Source: Parcubacteria group bacterium Gr01-1014_20
GTDB lineage: Bacteria; Patescibacteriota; Minisyncoccia; UBA6257; 2-01-FULL-56-20
Direction of reading: 5' to 3'
Assembly: GCA_007376265.1 (NCBI GenBank)
Contig: VMFW01000007.1
Coordinates: 1 to 43,173 of the forward strand
Length of the DNA: 43,173 nt
Under the pieces are notes generated by a model. That model searched no databases and was not told the origin of the DNA. It saw only the letters and a list, made by a program, of their open reading frames with translations. The translations under genes and the position numbers were made by a program. Positions 1-8,352 of this stretch are shown piece by piece; the stretch's first letter is position 1; the number at the start of each line of letters is the position of its first letter.

Positions 1-1
1 A

Positions 2-1102
2 GTCATCGGGATTATCGGAATCCTATCGACCGTAGTTCTTCTTACCCTTAACCCCACCGAACTCTTGAAACAATCCCGAGATTCAACGAGAATCGCGGAA
101 TTAACCTCGCTCGACAAAGCCATTGGTTTTGCCTCATCCCAAAACCCAGATTTGGTTTTGGGGACGGCTAATACGGTGTACCTTTCGCTATCTGACAACG
201 ATGGGACGCCGGATTGTGATGATTATTTGGCTTCTTTGCCTCCCATTGTTTCGCCGTGGCAATATCGATGTGTGGCGGAATCTAACTTACGAAAGATTGA
301 TGGCAGTGGTTGGTTACCAGTAGATTTCACCTCCCTCACAATCGTGCCTATTGATACTCTGGCAGTTGATCGGGTGAATACAGCAATTTCAGGTTTGTAT
401 TACAGCTATGTGGTTGGTAATGGAACTTGGGAATTAAACGCACAGATGGAATCTAAAAAATATCAGTGGCAAGGGCAGGCAGACGTGGAGAGTACAGATG
501 GGGGAAACACCATAGTTCTTTTTGAGAAGGGGAATAATCTTAATATTATGCCGAAGGAGGCGAATGCACGGTTTACGACTATTCTACGGATTCCCACTGC
601 CGTTGGTGACTGTGAAAATATTAACCCCCAGACCGGTGTTCAATTCAATGCTTATTTTCCGAGGTGGACCATACCAGGTTCGAAGAGGGTGGCGGTGACT
701 AACTTGTGGCATTGGCAGTGGGACAGCAGTTTGGGTGTGGGCGAGACTTTAACCATGGCCCTTTATAAAGACAATAATCCAAAAAAGAGGATGTCTGACT
801 TTGTGACGATCAATGGCAATGGAATAGCTCAGAGTTGGATGTCTGGCACTTTGTCTTCTCCAGTAGAAGTTAACTTGGGTTCAACTTATATTTTTGGAAT
901 TGGAAATGATGAGGGTGGGCAGGCCTATAGTTTATCGGTGGAGGCCGGCGGGCTTGGTGGGTGTTCTAACTATCCTCCGAATACGACTACCACGACTGGG
1001 TACGTAGATGGCAATACAGCAGTACTTTCCGATACTGTGACGGGTACTGGTTTTGGCGGCGCTCAAATTGGAATTGTTGGTATCAGTTACGCTGAGAATT
1101 AA
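2..1102 (+). CDS. Type IV pilin-like protein with long C-terminal domain (5'-truncated by window edge)
   Basis: Frame of ORF 65..1102 is open back to base 2: VIGIIGILSTVVLLTLNPTELLKQSRDSTR, a pilin hydrophobic helix plus the NP..L.Q.RD..R pattern also seen in the pilin at 17303. The TTG at 65 is probably not the real start. Confidence 0.8.
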   Translation, partial: VIGIIGILSTVVLLTLNPTELLKQSRDSTRIAELTSLDKAIGFASSQNPDLVLGTANTVYLSLSDNDGTPDCDDYLASLPPIVSPWQYRCVAESNLRKIDGSGWLPVDFTSLTIVPIDTLAVDRVNTAISGLYYSYVVGNGTWELNAQMESKKYQWQGQADVESTDGGNTIVLFEKGNNLNIMPKEANARFTTILRIPTAVGDCENINPQTGVQFNAYFPRWTIPGSKRVAVTNLWHWQWDSSLGVGETLTMALYKDNNPKKRMSDFVTINGNGIAQSWMSGTLSSPVEVNLGSTYIFGIGNDEGGQAYSLSVEAGGLGGCSNYPPNTTTTTGYVDGNTAVLSDTVTGTGFGGAQIGIVGISYAEN

Positions 1103-1113
1103 TAATTTTGGAC

Positions 1114-1142
1114 TTGAATTTATTTAGGATTGATTGTAAGTT
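1114..1142 (+). promoter_or_regulatory. Sigma70-like promoter for tRNA-Thr/prfB
   Basis: TTGAAT-17 nt-TAAGTT about 90 nt upstream of the tRNA. Confidence 0.4.
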
Positions 1143-1233
1143 TTTACGGTGTCCGACCGCTTATCGTTTACAGACAATTATTTTCCCGTCACCAAGGTTT
1201 TACCGATCCATTTGGCGGGCAGATAGTCGCAGT

Positions 1234-1306
1234 GCCACCTTAGCTCAGTTGGTAGAGCAATGCTTTCGTAAAGCAAAGGTCCGCGGTTCGAATCCGCGAG
1301 GTGGCT
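1234..1306 (+). tRNA. tRNA-Thr(CGT), CCA not encoded
   Basis: Acceptor GCCACCT/AGGTGGC; D arm GCTC-AGTTGGTA-GAGC; anticodon loop TT-CGT-AA; T arm CGCGG-TTCGAAT-CCGCG. Confidence 0.95.
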
Positions 1307-1307
1307 C

Positions 1308-2279
1308 ATGGATTACAAAGAACAGTTAGAAAAGGATCGGGTTTTGGCGGATCAAAAAATCAAGGAATTGGGTGAGTTGAATGATTTGGTTAATCGTTTT
1401 TATGAAGTAGATAGAGAGATTTTACAGTTAAGTTCCTGCGATTTCGCTATGGGCGAATCCTTCACTCAATCAGAGGATTGGCGAGCCAGGTTTTTTGAAG
1501 TGAGGCGGAAATTCAGACAGTTGGAGATTCGGGAGATTTTTAAAGGGCCATACGATAAGCGGTCGGCGGTTTTGGGTTTTTACCCTGGGGCCGGCGGGGA
1601 AGATGCCGGAGATTGGACCAAGATGCTTTTTTCCATGTATTCCAAATACGCGGAGCGGCAGGGTTGGCGGGTGAATGTTTTGGATGATAATCCGAACCGA
1701 GTGACGACGGAGGTGAGGGGCGAGTATGCTTACGGGTATTTAAAAGGCGAGGCTGGGGTTCACCGGCTGGTTCGAACCTCTCCCTTTTCCGCCAAACAAC
1801 TTCGGCACACTTCTTTCGCTTTGGTTGAGGTTTTACCGGATTTACCGGAGCTAGAAGAATCAAAGTTTCAGATTCCCGAAGGCGATTTAAAGTTTGAGTT
1901 TTTTCGATCTTCTGGTCCGGGAGGACAAAACGTAAATAAGGTGGAAACGGCGGTGAGAGTAATCCACATTCCAACGGGACTGACGACTAGTTCGCAGGTG
2001 GAACGGTCGCAGGTGGCAAACAGGGAAAAAGCGTTGAAAGTTTTGAAGGCGAAGCTGTTTGATTTGATGGAAAAGCAAAAAGTGAAGGAGTTGGGTGAGC
2101 TTCGTACAAAAGTTAAGCCCGAATGGGGGAGTCAGATTCGGTCATACGTTTTGAATCCTTACAAACTAGTTAAAGATCATAGGACTGAAGTTGAGACGAG
2201 TAATGTGGATAGGGTTCTAGAAGGTGATTTAGAAATGTTTATCGAGGCTGAGGTTGAATGGGGAAATAAAAAGGTTTAG
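1308..2279 (+). CDS. prfB: Peptide chain release factor 2 (short N-terminus, no programmed frameshift)
   Basis: GAGG..A.DW, GEAGVHRLVRTSPF (SPF motif of RF2), SSGPGGQNVNK, WGSQIRSY. Confidence 0.92.
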   Translation: MDYKEQLEKDRVLADQKIKELGELNDLVNRFYEVDREILQLSSCDFAMGESFTQSEDWRARFFEVRRKFRQLEIREIFKGPYDKRSAVLGFYPGAGGEDAGDWTKMLFSMYSKYAERQGWRVNVLDDNPNRVTTEVRGEYAYGYLKGEAGVHRLVRTSPFSAKQLRHTSFALVEVLPDLPELEESKFQIPEGDLKFEFFRSSGPGGQNVNKVETAVRVIHIPTGLTTSSQVERSQVANREKALKVLKAKLFDLMEKQKVKELGELRTKVKPEWGSQIRSYVLNPYKLVKDHRTEVETSNVDRVLEGDLEMFIEAEVEWGNKKV

Positions 2280-2358
2280 TTTTTGCGTTTGCGGTCATTT
2301 TTGATTATTTCTGGTAAATGTTAGAATTAACGCTCGGGTATTTTGATATAAATCATCA

Positions 2359-3042
2359 ATGATTGCCTTCCAAAACGTTTTTAAAATTTACAATAGCCAT
2401 TCAGTGGCGCTTGAGGATATTGCTTTTCAGGTGAGTCCGGGGGAGTTTATATCGCTCGTGGGTAGATCTGGGGCCGGGAAGTCGACTGTGATTAGGCTGC
2501 TTATTGGAGAGGAAAAACCAACCAAGGGGAGGATATTTTTTGGTCAATATGAGGTTAACAAGTTAACCGATAGGGAATTGCCGGCGTTTCGGCGTCATGT
2601 AGGAGTGGTTTTCCAAGATTTTAGGCTTTTACCCATGAAAAGCGCCTATGAGAATGTAGCTTTCGCACTTGAAGTGGCTGGGCGACCCCAAAGGGAGATC
2701 AGCGATTTGGTGCCACAGGTACTAGATATGGTTGGGCTGGGAGATAAGGGTAAAAACTTTCCTCATGAGCTCTCCGGCGGAGAGAAGCAAAGGGTGGCGA
2801 TTGCGAGAGCTATGGTGCACCGACCGGAGGTTATTATCGCGGATGAGCCGACCGGAAACCTAGACCCATTTCATACGATGGAAATTATTAATTTATTGCT
2901 TAAAATCAATCAATTGGGAACAACCCTGGTTTTAGCCACGCATAATAAGGACATTGTGAACGGTCTGAATAAGAGGGTAATAACTTTGGACCACGGGCGT
3001 ATAATAAGGGACGAGGAGAAGGGGAAGTACATACTAGTATGA
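2359..3042 (+). CDS. ftsE: Cell division ABC ATPase FtsE
   Basis: Walker A GRSGAGKST, GVVFQDFRLL, LSGGEKQRV, ADEPTGNLD; directly upstream of ftsX. Confidence 0.92.
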   Translation: MIAFQNVFKIYNSHSVALEDIAFQVSPGEFISLVGRSGAGKSTVIRLLIGEEKPTKGRIFFGQYEVNKLTDRELPAFRRHVGVVFQDFRLLPMKSAYENVAFALEVAGRPQREISDLVPQVLDMVGLGDKGKNFPHELSGGEKQRVAIARAMVHRPEVIIADEPTGNLDPFHTMEIINLLLKINQLGTTLVLATHNKDIVNGLNKRVITLDHGRIIRDEEKGKYILV

Positions 3043-3076
3043 GACATGAAGCGTGTAGTATGAAACATGTAACACA
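3035..3076 (+). repeat. Degenerate 7-mer tandem array at ftsE/ftsX junction
   Basis: TAGTATG AGACATG AAGCGTG TAGTATG AAACATG TAACACA; a 14-nt unit recurs 21 nt later with one mismatch. Confidence 0.7.
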
Positions 3077-3085
3077 AATAAGGAA

Positions 3086-3994
3086 ATGATCACGAAACTT
3101 TCACGAATAATACATTTTGGACTTCAGAATTTTTGGCGAAACGGCTTGCTTTCGACCGGAACGGTGGCGATTACGCTCTTGGCGCTGATGGTTTCTTTGG
3201 GTTTACTTCTTTTCGGCGTGGTGACGGACGCGGCGATCGCTTCGGTACAGGATAAAATTGACATCAGTGTTTACTTTAAAACCAGCACTTCTGAAGATCA
3301 GGTTTTGAGCATCAAACAGGTACTAGAGGCGCTGCCGGAGGTTAAAAACGTGGATTACGTTTCGCGAGACCAAGCAATGGAAATTTTCAAAACGGAACAC
3401 CAGGGAGACGAATCTATTTCACAAGCCATCAATATTTTAGGAAGCAACCCACTTGAAGCTTATTTAAACATTCGAGCCCATCGGCCGGATCAGTATGCGC
3501 TTATCGATGAGAATTTGAAAAACCCAAGTATCGGCCAGTATGTTAGTAGTAGGAGTTATAGTGAGAATCAGTTGGTAATCGATCGGCTTTCAAGGATTAT
3601 CTCAAATGTGAACTTGGGAGGATTTGCGTTAACAATAATTCTCGCGCTAGTAGCCGGACTGATTGTTTACAACACGATTCGTTTGGCAATTTATTCTGGT
3701 CGGGATGAGATTGGGATAATGAGGGCGGTGGGCGCTTCTAACTTCTTAGTTCGAGGGCCCTTTATGGTAGATGGGATTCTCACCGGAACACTGGCGGCGG
3801 TTTTGAGCTTGATTATTGCCGCGCCGGTCTTGAGTTTCTTGTCCTCTAAATTGGGCGGTTTTGTCCCCGGCTTGAATATTTTTCAGTATTTTTATACGCA
3901 TATTTTTGGTTTATTGGGATTGCAATTATTGTTTGGAGTTGGAGTTTGCACGATTTCGAGTTTTCTGGCAGCTCGGCGGTATCTAAAAAATTAG
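3086..3994 (+). CDS. ftsX: Cell division permease FtsX
   Basis: Four-TM topology with extracytoplasmic loop; NTIRLAIYSGRDEIGIMRAVGAS..VRGPF motif. Confidence 0.92.
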   Translation: MITKLSRIIHFGLQNFWRNGLLSTGTVAITLLALMVSLGLLLFGVVTDAAIASVQDKIDISVYFKTSTSEDQVLSIKQVLEALPEVKNVDYVSRDQAMEIFKTEHQGDESISQAINILGSNPLEAYLNIRAHRPDQYALIDENLKNPSIGQYVSSRSYSENQLVIDRLSRIISNVNLGGFALTIILALVAGLIVYNTIRLAIYSGRDEIGIMRAVGASNFLVRGPFMVDGILTGTLAAVLSLIIAAPVLSFLSSKLGGFVPGLNIFQYFYTHIFGLLGLQLLFGVGVCTISSFLAARRYLKN

Positions 3995-4048
3995 GGCGGT
4001 GAGTTGGGGTTTTGAGGGAAATTGGGCTGGGTTTAAATCTGATTAACT

Positions 4049-4564
4049 ATGGTTAAAAAAATTTTGTTTTGGTTGATTTTTTTGGGAGCGCTGATCGGGC
4101 TTGTTCTTATTTTGTCGAAGAACACTACTAATTTACCAGAGAAAGTTTTAGATCCGGAAGACGCGACTTATTTAATTGACGAAACCCCGATAACCCTTAC
4201 GGACGGTCTTTTTGAGGGTCTGGTGGCGGTGGATTCAGCGGCCGTTGAGCGGTGGCAGATTTCTAAAAAAATTGAGGGCGATTTGAATGGAGACACGAAG
4301 AGTGACTGGGCTGTGGTTTTGTACGGAAACACTGGGGGGACGGGAACTTTTTACTATCTAGCGGCTGTAGTGGGTAGCGGCGAGAGTATCCCGGCGGTTT
4401 TTGTGGGTGATCGGATTTCGATAAGTTCTTTAATGATAGAGGATGGGATCGTCAAGTTGGTCTACGAGGATCGAAACGAGGGAGAGCCTTTAGCGACAGA
4501 GCCGACAGTCGAGAAAAAGCTTTTGTACCGGCTTGAAAATGGAGAACTTGTTTTAGAGGGATAG
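4049..4564 (+). CDS. Membrane-anchored hypothetical protein
   Basis: N-terminal TM; GDLNGD and GGTGTFYYL segments; acidic composition. Confidence 0.7.
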   Translation: MVKKILFWLIFLGALIGLVLILSKNTTNLPEKVLDPEDATYLIDETPITLTDGLFEGLVAVDSAAVERWQISKKIEGDLNGDTKSDWAVVLYGNTGGTGTFYYLAAVVGSGESIPAVFVGDRISISSLMIEDGIVKLVYEDRNEGEPLATEPTVEKKLLYRLENGELVLEG

Positions 4565-4659
4565 GGGCGGGAATGGTGCCGAGGGAAGTGGAGTTTTGAA
4601 CTTTTTGTTTTTTTGTTACAATTACCCCTCAAAGGTCAAAAACAACAAAAAGAAAAACT

Positions 4660-5133
4660 ATGAATAAAAATTTAATTGTGGGATTGGTGGTTGTGGTTTT
4701 AGTCGTACTTGGCGTTGCTTTTTTCTCGACTAATAAAACGGAGGCTCCAGGAGATGAAGTTGGCACTTCGACTGAAGGGACAATGATGGGGGACAAAGAG
4801 GATGGCGCTATGATGGATGATAAGGAGAAGATGATGGGTGAAGGGGAGATGATGGCGAGCGTTAAAGAGTTTACGGTTGAAGCGCGAAGTTTTAAGTTTT
4901 CGGTTTCAGAGATGAGGGTGAAGAGTGGCGACACGGTTCGAGTGGTTTTTAAAAACGCCGAAGGATTTCATGATTGGAAGTTAGATGAGTTTGGCGTTAA
5001 GACCAAACAGCTTCAGGCTGGTCAAGAAGAGACGGTTGAGTTTAAGGTTGATAAAACTGGAACGTTTGAGTACTACTGTTCGGTTGGTCAACACAGAGCG
5101 AATGGAATGAAGGGGAGATTGATTGTTGAGTAG
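4660..5133 (+). CDS. Cupredoxin (plastocyanin/azurin-like) domain protein with Met-rich linker
   Basis: Signal anchor; FHDW...YYCSVGQHRANGMKG type-1 copper ligands (H, C, H, M). Confidence 0.85.
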   Translation: MNKNLIVGLVVVVLVVLGVAFFSTNKTEAPGDEVGTSTEGTMMGDKEDGAMMDDKEKMMGEGEMMASVKEFTVEARSFKFSVSEMRVKSGDTVRVVFKNAEGFHDWKLDEFGVKTKQLQAGQEETVEFKVDKTGTFEYYCSVGQHRANGMKGRLIVE

Positions 5134-5164
5134 TTTTTTTTAAAATTCCCCATGGGGTGATTTT

Positions 5165-6187
5165 CTAGAATTGAACAATGGAGCCGTTGGCCGGATCCAT
5201 GTAAATGGTGGTTTTGGCTGATTTTTTTATTCCCGTGATTTCCCAGAAGAGTGGTCCGTTTTTGCTTACGAGCTCGATTGAGAGAACTTTTTCAAGAGAG
5301 CTGCCGGAGATCGCGATTTCGATAGCGCGGGTGGCAGGAGTGGCAAGCCCGGTTTCACTTAGCTCCACTCGGCCGATTTTAAAGATGTCGCCAATAAGCT
5401 CGATTTGCGTGGCCGATCGGAAGGAAAAGCCCTCTTGAACATCGCCGTTTTCGTCCATACCAATTTCGCGACTAATGTAGTCGACGCCACTGCTCATAAG
5501 TATCTGGCCACCACTTCGAATTTGGGCGATGATGTTGGATTGACTCGATATTTCGAGAAATGGGAAGAAGATATAGCTTCCATTCCCGCTAACGTGGAGG
5601 GATTTATCAACATCGAAATCAAACGTGATCGCCATGGTGTCGCCAGCGTTGACTTTCACCTGGAGGGGAAACCGAATGGTGTCGGAGGGCAGTTTGGCGC
5701 CGCCGGTCGTGCCATCGAATTTAACAACAGCCACATCTTTAATCGTGAGCCAGATTTGGTCGTAGGTTTCTTTTGCTAAATTGCCCTCAGTTAAGAAGGC
5801 TAACGAAGCCGACCGTCTTAGTTCAAGTAAGTCTAACTTTTTTAATACCACCGGAACGCTCAACCAACCCTTGGTCGGACTGTGCATTTTTACCTCAGAG
5901 ATTGTGACAAAGATGGATTTGATGTCGGCCGTATTTACGGCGGCATCTGTAACGGCAAAGATGACTCGACCAGTTGAGGCGGAGGGTTTGGATGGGGTTA
6001 TGGTTGTTTTGGGTGGGGTGGGGGTGGCTTTTGGCTGTTCCTCGTCGATTGTCACAGCCCCAGTGCTAGTTGATTCCTGGGGTTCTTGGTCTAACCCTGG
6101 GTTTTCCGGCCGATTAATAAAAGACAGGCCCAATAAGAAAATGACGACTATTACTAGTCCGCCGATAATTAGATTGTTTTTGTTCAT
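5165..6187 (-). CDS. Membrane-anchored DUF4382-like protein, possible C-terminal PepSY-like domain
   Basis: VIFAVTDA...VTISEV..H...LDLLEL and ITFDFDVDKS pattern. Start moved to ATG 6187 (MNKNN), which follows TGCTATAAT. Confidence 0.6.
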   Translation of the reverse strand: MNKNNLIIGGLVIVVIFLLGLSFINRPENPGLDQEPQESTSTGAVTIDEEQPKATPTPPKTTITPSKPSASTGRVIFAVTDAAVNTADIKSIFVTISEVKMHSPTKGWLSVPVVLKKLDLLELRRSASLAFLTEGNLAKETYDQIWLTIKDVAVVKFDGTTGGAKLPSDTIRFPLQVKVNAGDTMAITFDFDVDKSLHVSGNGSYIFFPFLEISSQSNIIAQIRSGGQILMSSGVDYISREIGMDENGDVQEGFSFRSATQIELIGDIFKIGRVELSETGLATPATRAIEIAISGSSLEKVLSIELVSKNGPLFWEITGIKKSAKTTIYMDPANGSIVQF

Positions 6188-6254
6188 GGGGATATTATAG
6201 CATTTTGCCACTTTTGCTGATGCCGAGTTTTAGTTTATAATTTAACTAGTATTT

Positions 6255-6959
6255 ATGAACGAGCTCCTTTTTTTTCTGGCGGTTTTTATAGATTTTTGTT
6301 TTGTGTTTCTCTTTTTCCACCTTGGCGTCAAAGTGGGACGCCGGCTTTTTGTTGGTATTATTATTAACCTAATTTTGGTGGCCGTTTTTGGTGGCAAGCT
6401 CATCTCGCTTTTTGGGTTTACCACCAATGTCGGTAATATTTTCTATGCGGCGGTTTTTTTGGGTGTGCAGCTTACACTCGAGTACTACGGGCGGAAAGAC
6501 GCTATTCGAAGTGTTTGGGTTAGTTTCTTTGCGGTTAACTTTTTTGTTCTGATGGGACAAGTTGTTCTTGGGTTTCAGGTTGAACCGATGAGCGGTGAAC
6601 TTGCAAGTGCGCTCAGGGTTGTTTTCGGAGTTGTTCCTCGGGTTACGATTGCTTCGCTTTTTGGTCTCATTTTGTCTCAATACGCAAACATTTACATCTA
6701 TGATTTTGTTCGTCGGAGGGTTGGCGAGGCACGGTTATGGCTTAGGTCACTTACGGCTGTGTTAGTGGGCCAACTGGTGGACAGTTTAGTGTTTTTCTCG
6801 ATTGCTTTTTTAGGGGCTCTGGAATTTGGCACGGTTCTACAGGTAATGATTGTCGGTTTTGTAATAAAGGTGTTGATTGGGGTGATGGCGCTCCCATTTT
6901 TGCATATGAGTCGACTGTACGCGCCAGTGATTGAAGCGGAGAGGGGGGGGATTAGCTGA
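6255..6959 (+). CDS. Queuosine precursor transporter (VUT/YhhQ family)
   Basis: Multi-TM; EYYG, PRVTIASL..LILSQY and WLRSL..VLVGQLVDS.VF..IAF family motifs. Confidence 0.8.
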   Translation: MNELLFFLAVFIDFCFVFLFFHLGVKVGRRLFVGIIINLILVAVFGGKLISLFGFTTNVGNIFYAAVFLGVQLTLEYYGRKDAIRSVWVSFFAVNFFVLMGQVVLGFQVEPMSGELASALRVVFGVVPRVTIASLFGLILSQYANIYIYDFVRRRVGEARLWLRSLTAVLVGQLVDSLVFFSIAFLGALEFGTVLQVMIVGFVIKVLIGVMALPFLHMSRLYAPVIEAERGGIS

Positions 6960-7097
6960 CCATCCATGCTTTTTGGGTTTGGCATCGACAGACGTTCGGC
7001 CGGTTTTTTGGTTGACGCTCTGCGTCTTTTTTTGATACTCTTTGGTTGGAAAAAGACAGCTGTTTGAAAATTAATCCTTGGAATGAGGAGGGTAGAA

Positions 7098-7538
7098 ATG
7101 GGTCTTTTCGGTTTTGGCCGAACAAGAGATGCCGAGATTCGGAAGATTTTTCGGGATCACATTGTGAATACCAGAAAATGCGCCTACGAACTTAGGACAA
7201 TTTTTGGCGCTTCGGCTACAGATTTTCAGTTAACCCCCGAGCGTATTAGTCGGATCGAGGAGATGGAGCATGAAGGCGATCGACTGACTCATCAGCTTAA
7301 CCTTATTATGAACGATGCTTTCATTACGTGGATTGAAAAAGATGACATCCATCACCTCATAATTGAGCTAGATGAGGTGGTGGATAATATCAAGAAGGTC
7401 GTTTTGCACGTTCGCGCCTATGGGATTAGCGCCGGTCGGCAGGAGGCTTCTGATTTTTGCGGAATTATTACGAGAATGACGGAACTTCTGACCGTGCTTG
7501 TCGAAATGCTCGATAAGCCAAACATTCTCCACGCCCAG
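7098..7538 (+). pseudogene. DUF47 (Pit accessory, PhoU-like) gene, 3'-truncated
   Basis: EHEGD...FITWIEKDDI..L..ELDEVVD motif; SD AGGAGG before ATG 7098; similarity stops near 7538. Confidence 0.75.
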
Positions 7539-7641
7539 GTGGGATATTGTCGGCAAAGTCGTCTTTGCCTGGGTCCTAACCTTTCCCGTTTGCGGGGGGA
7601 TTGCTTTTCTAATTTCGTATTTAATCAAGCAACTTATGTAG
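7537..7641 (+). pseudogene. C-terminal remnant of a Pit/PHO4 inorganic phosphate transporter
   Basis: The +1 frame reads RWDIVGKVVFAWVLTFPVCGGIAFLISYLIKQLM*, matching the Pit C-terminal W..V..I..AW..T.P helix; followed by a terminator. Confidence 0.75.
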
Positions 7642-7646
7642 AAACT

Positions 7647-7676
7647 AAAACGAGCTCACAGGAGAGCTCGTTTTTT
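7647..7676 (+). terminator. Rho-independent terminator
   Basis: AAAACGAGCTC-ACAGGA-GAGCTCGTTTTTT. Confidence 0.8.
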
Positions 7677-7706
7677 AGTAATTGGCGATTAGAGTATAAT
7701 GAAGCT

Positions 7707-8306
7707 ATGACTAGCGATAGGAGAGAAATCGTAGTCTTTGGGGGAGGATGTTTTTGGTGCACGGAGGCGGTATTTCAGGGGCTAAAAGGGGTAATTTCGG
7801 TAATGCCTGGATATGCTGGGGGCCCCTCGACGGGCGATCCGCCAGTTAGTGGACCAACTTACGACGAGGTGTGTTCGGGCAAGACTGGGCATGCCGAAGT
7901 TATAAAAATTGAGTTTAATCCAAGTGAGATTTCTTATAAAGATCTTTTGACTGTATTCTTTGCGACTCATGATCCAACTACGCCCAATCGGCAAGGCAAC
8001 GATGTGGGAACGCAGTATCGATCGGTTATTTTTTACACCAATGACAATCAGAGACGACAGGCCGAGGATTTTATAGCAGGACTTAATAGTCCGCATTTGA
8101 CGGGAGAAAGAATTGTGACGGAGATAAAACCGCTCAATAAATTTTACGAAGCGGAAGCAGATCACCGCGACTACTACAAAAAAAATTCGGCGGCGCCGTA
8201 CTGTCAGGTGGTCATAAATCCAAAGCTCCAAAAGATGCAGGAAAAATTTTATCGTTTAGTTAAGAAGTCTAAAGAAAAAGGGGCTGGTGGGGGGATTTTG
8301 GGCTAG
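7707..8306 (+). CDS. msrA: Peptide methionine sulfoxide reductase MsrA
   Basis: GGGCFWC, GYAGG..PTY..VC.G.TGHAE, HDPT..NRQGND.G.QYRS; ATG 7707 lies 6 nt after TATAAT. Confidence 0.92.
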   Translation: MTSDRREIVVFGGGCFWCTEAVFQGLKGVISVMPGYAGGPSTGDPPVSGPTYDEVCSGKTGHAEVIKIEFNPSEISYKDLLTVFFATHDPTTPNRQGNDVGTQYRSVIFYTNDNQRRQAEDFIAGLNSPHLTGERIVTEIKPLNKFYEAEADHRDYYKKNSAAPYCQVVINPKLQKMQEKFYRLVKKSKEKGAGGGILG

Positions 8307-8352
8307 GGCGGGGAATTAGGAAGGGTAGGAGATATCTGCTATACTTGACGTA

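Noticed and set aside
1108-1329. 73-aa ORF
   Set aside because: Runs through tRNA-Thr and has no protein features.
1440-1480. Two small hairpins in the RF2 N-terminal region as an inserted element
   Set aside because: Stems of 5-7 bp are compatible with chance and match no other repeat here.
6212-6254. preQ1 riboswitch before the queuosine precursor transporter
   Set aside because: Gap is short, shared with a divergent promoter, and shows no preQ1 stem-loop or A-rich tail.
7083-8306. 407-aa DUF47-MsrA as a genuine evolved fusion protein
   Set aside because: The linker is an out-of-frame Pit remnant plus a terminator and the msrA promoter.
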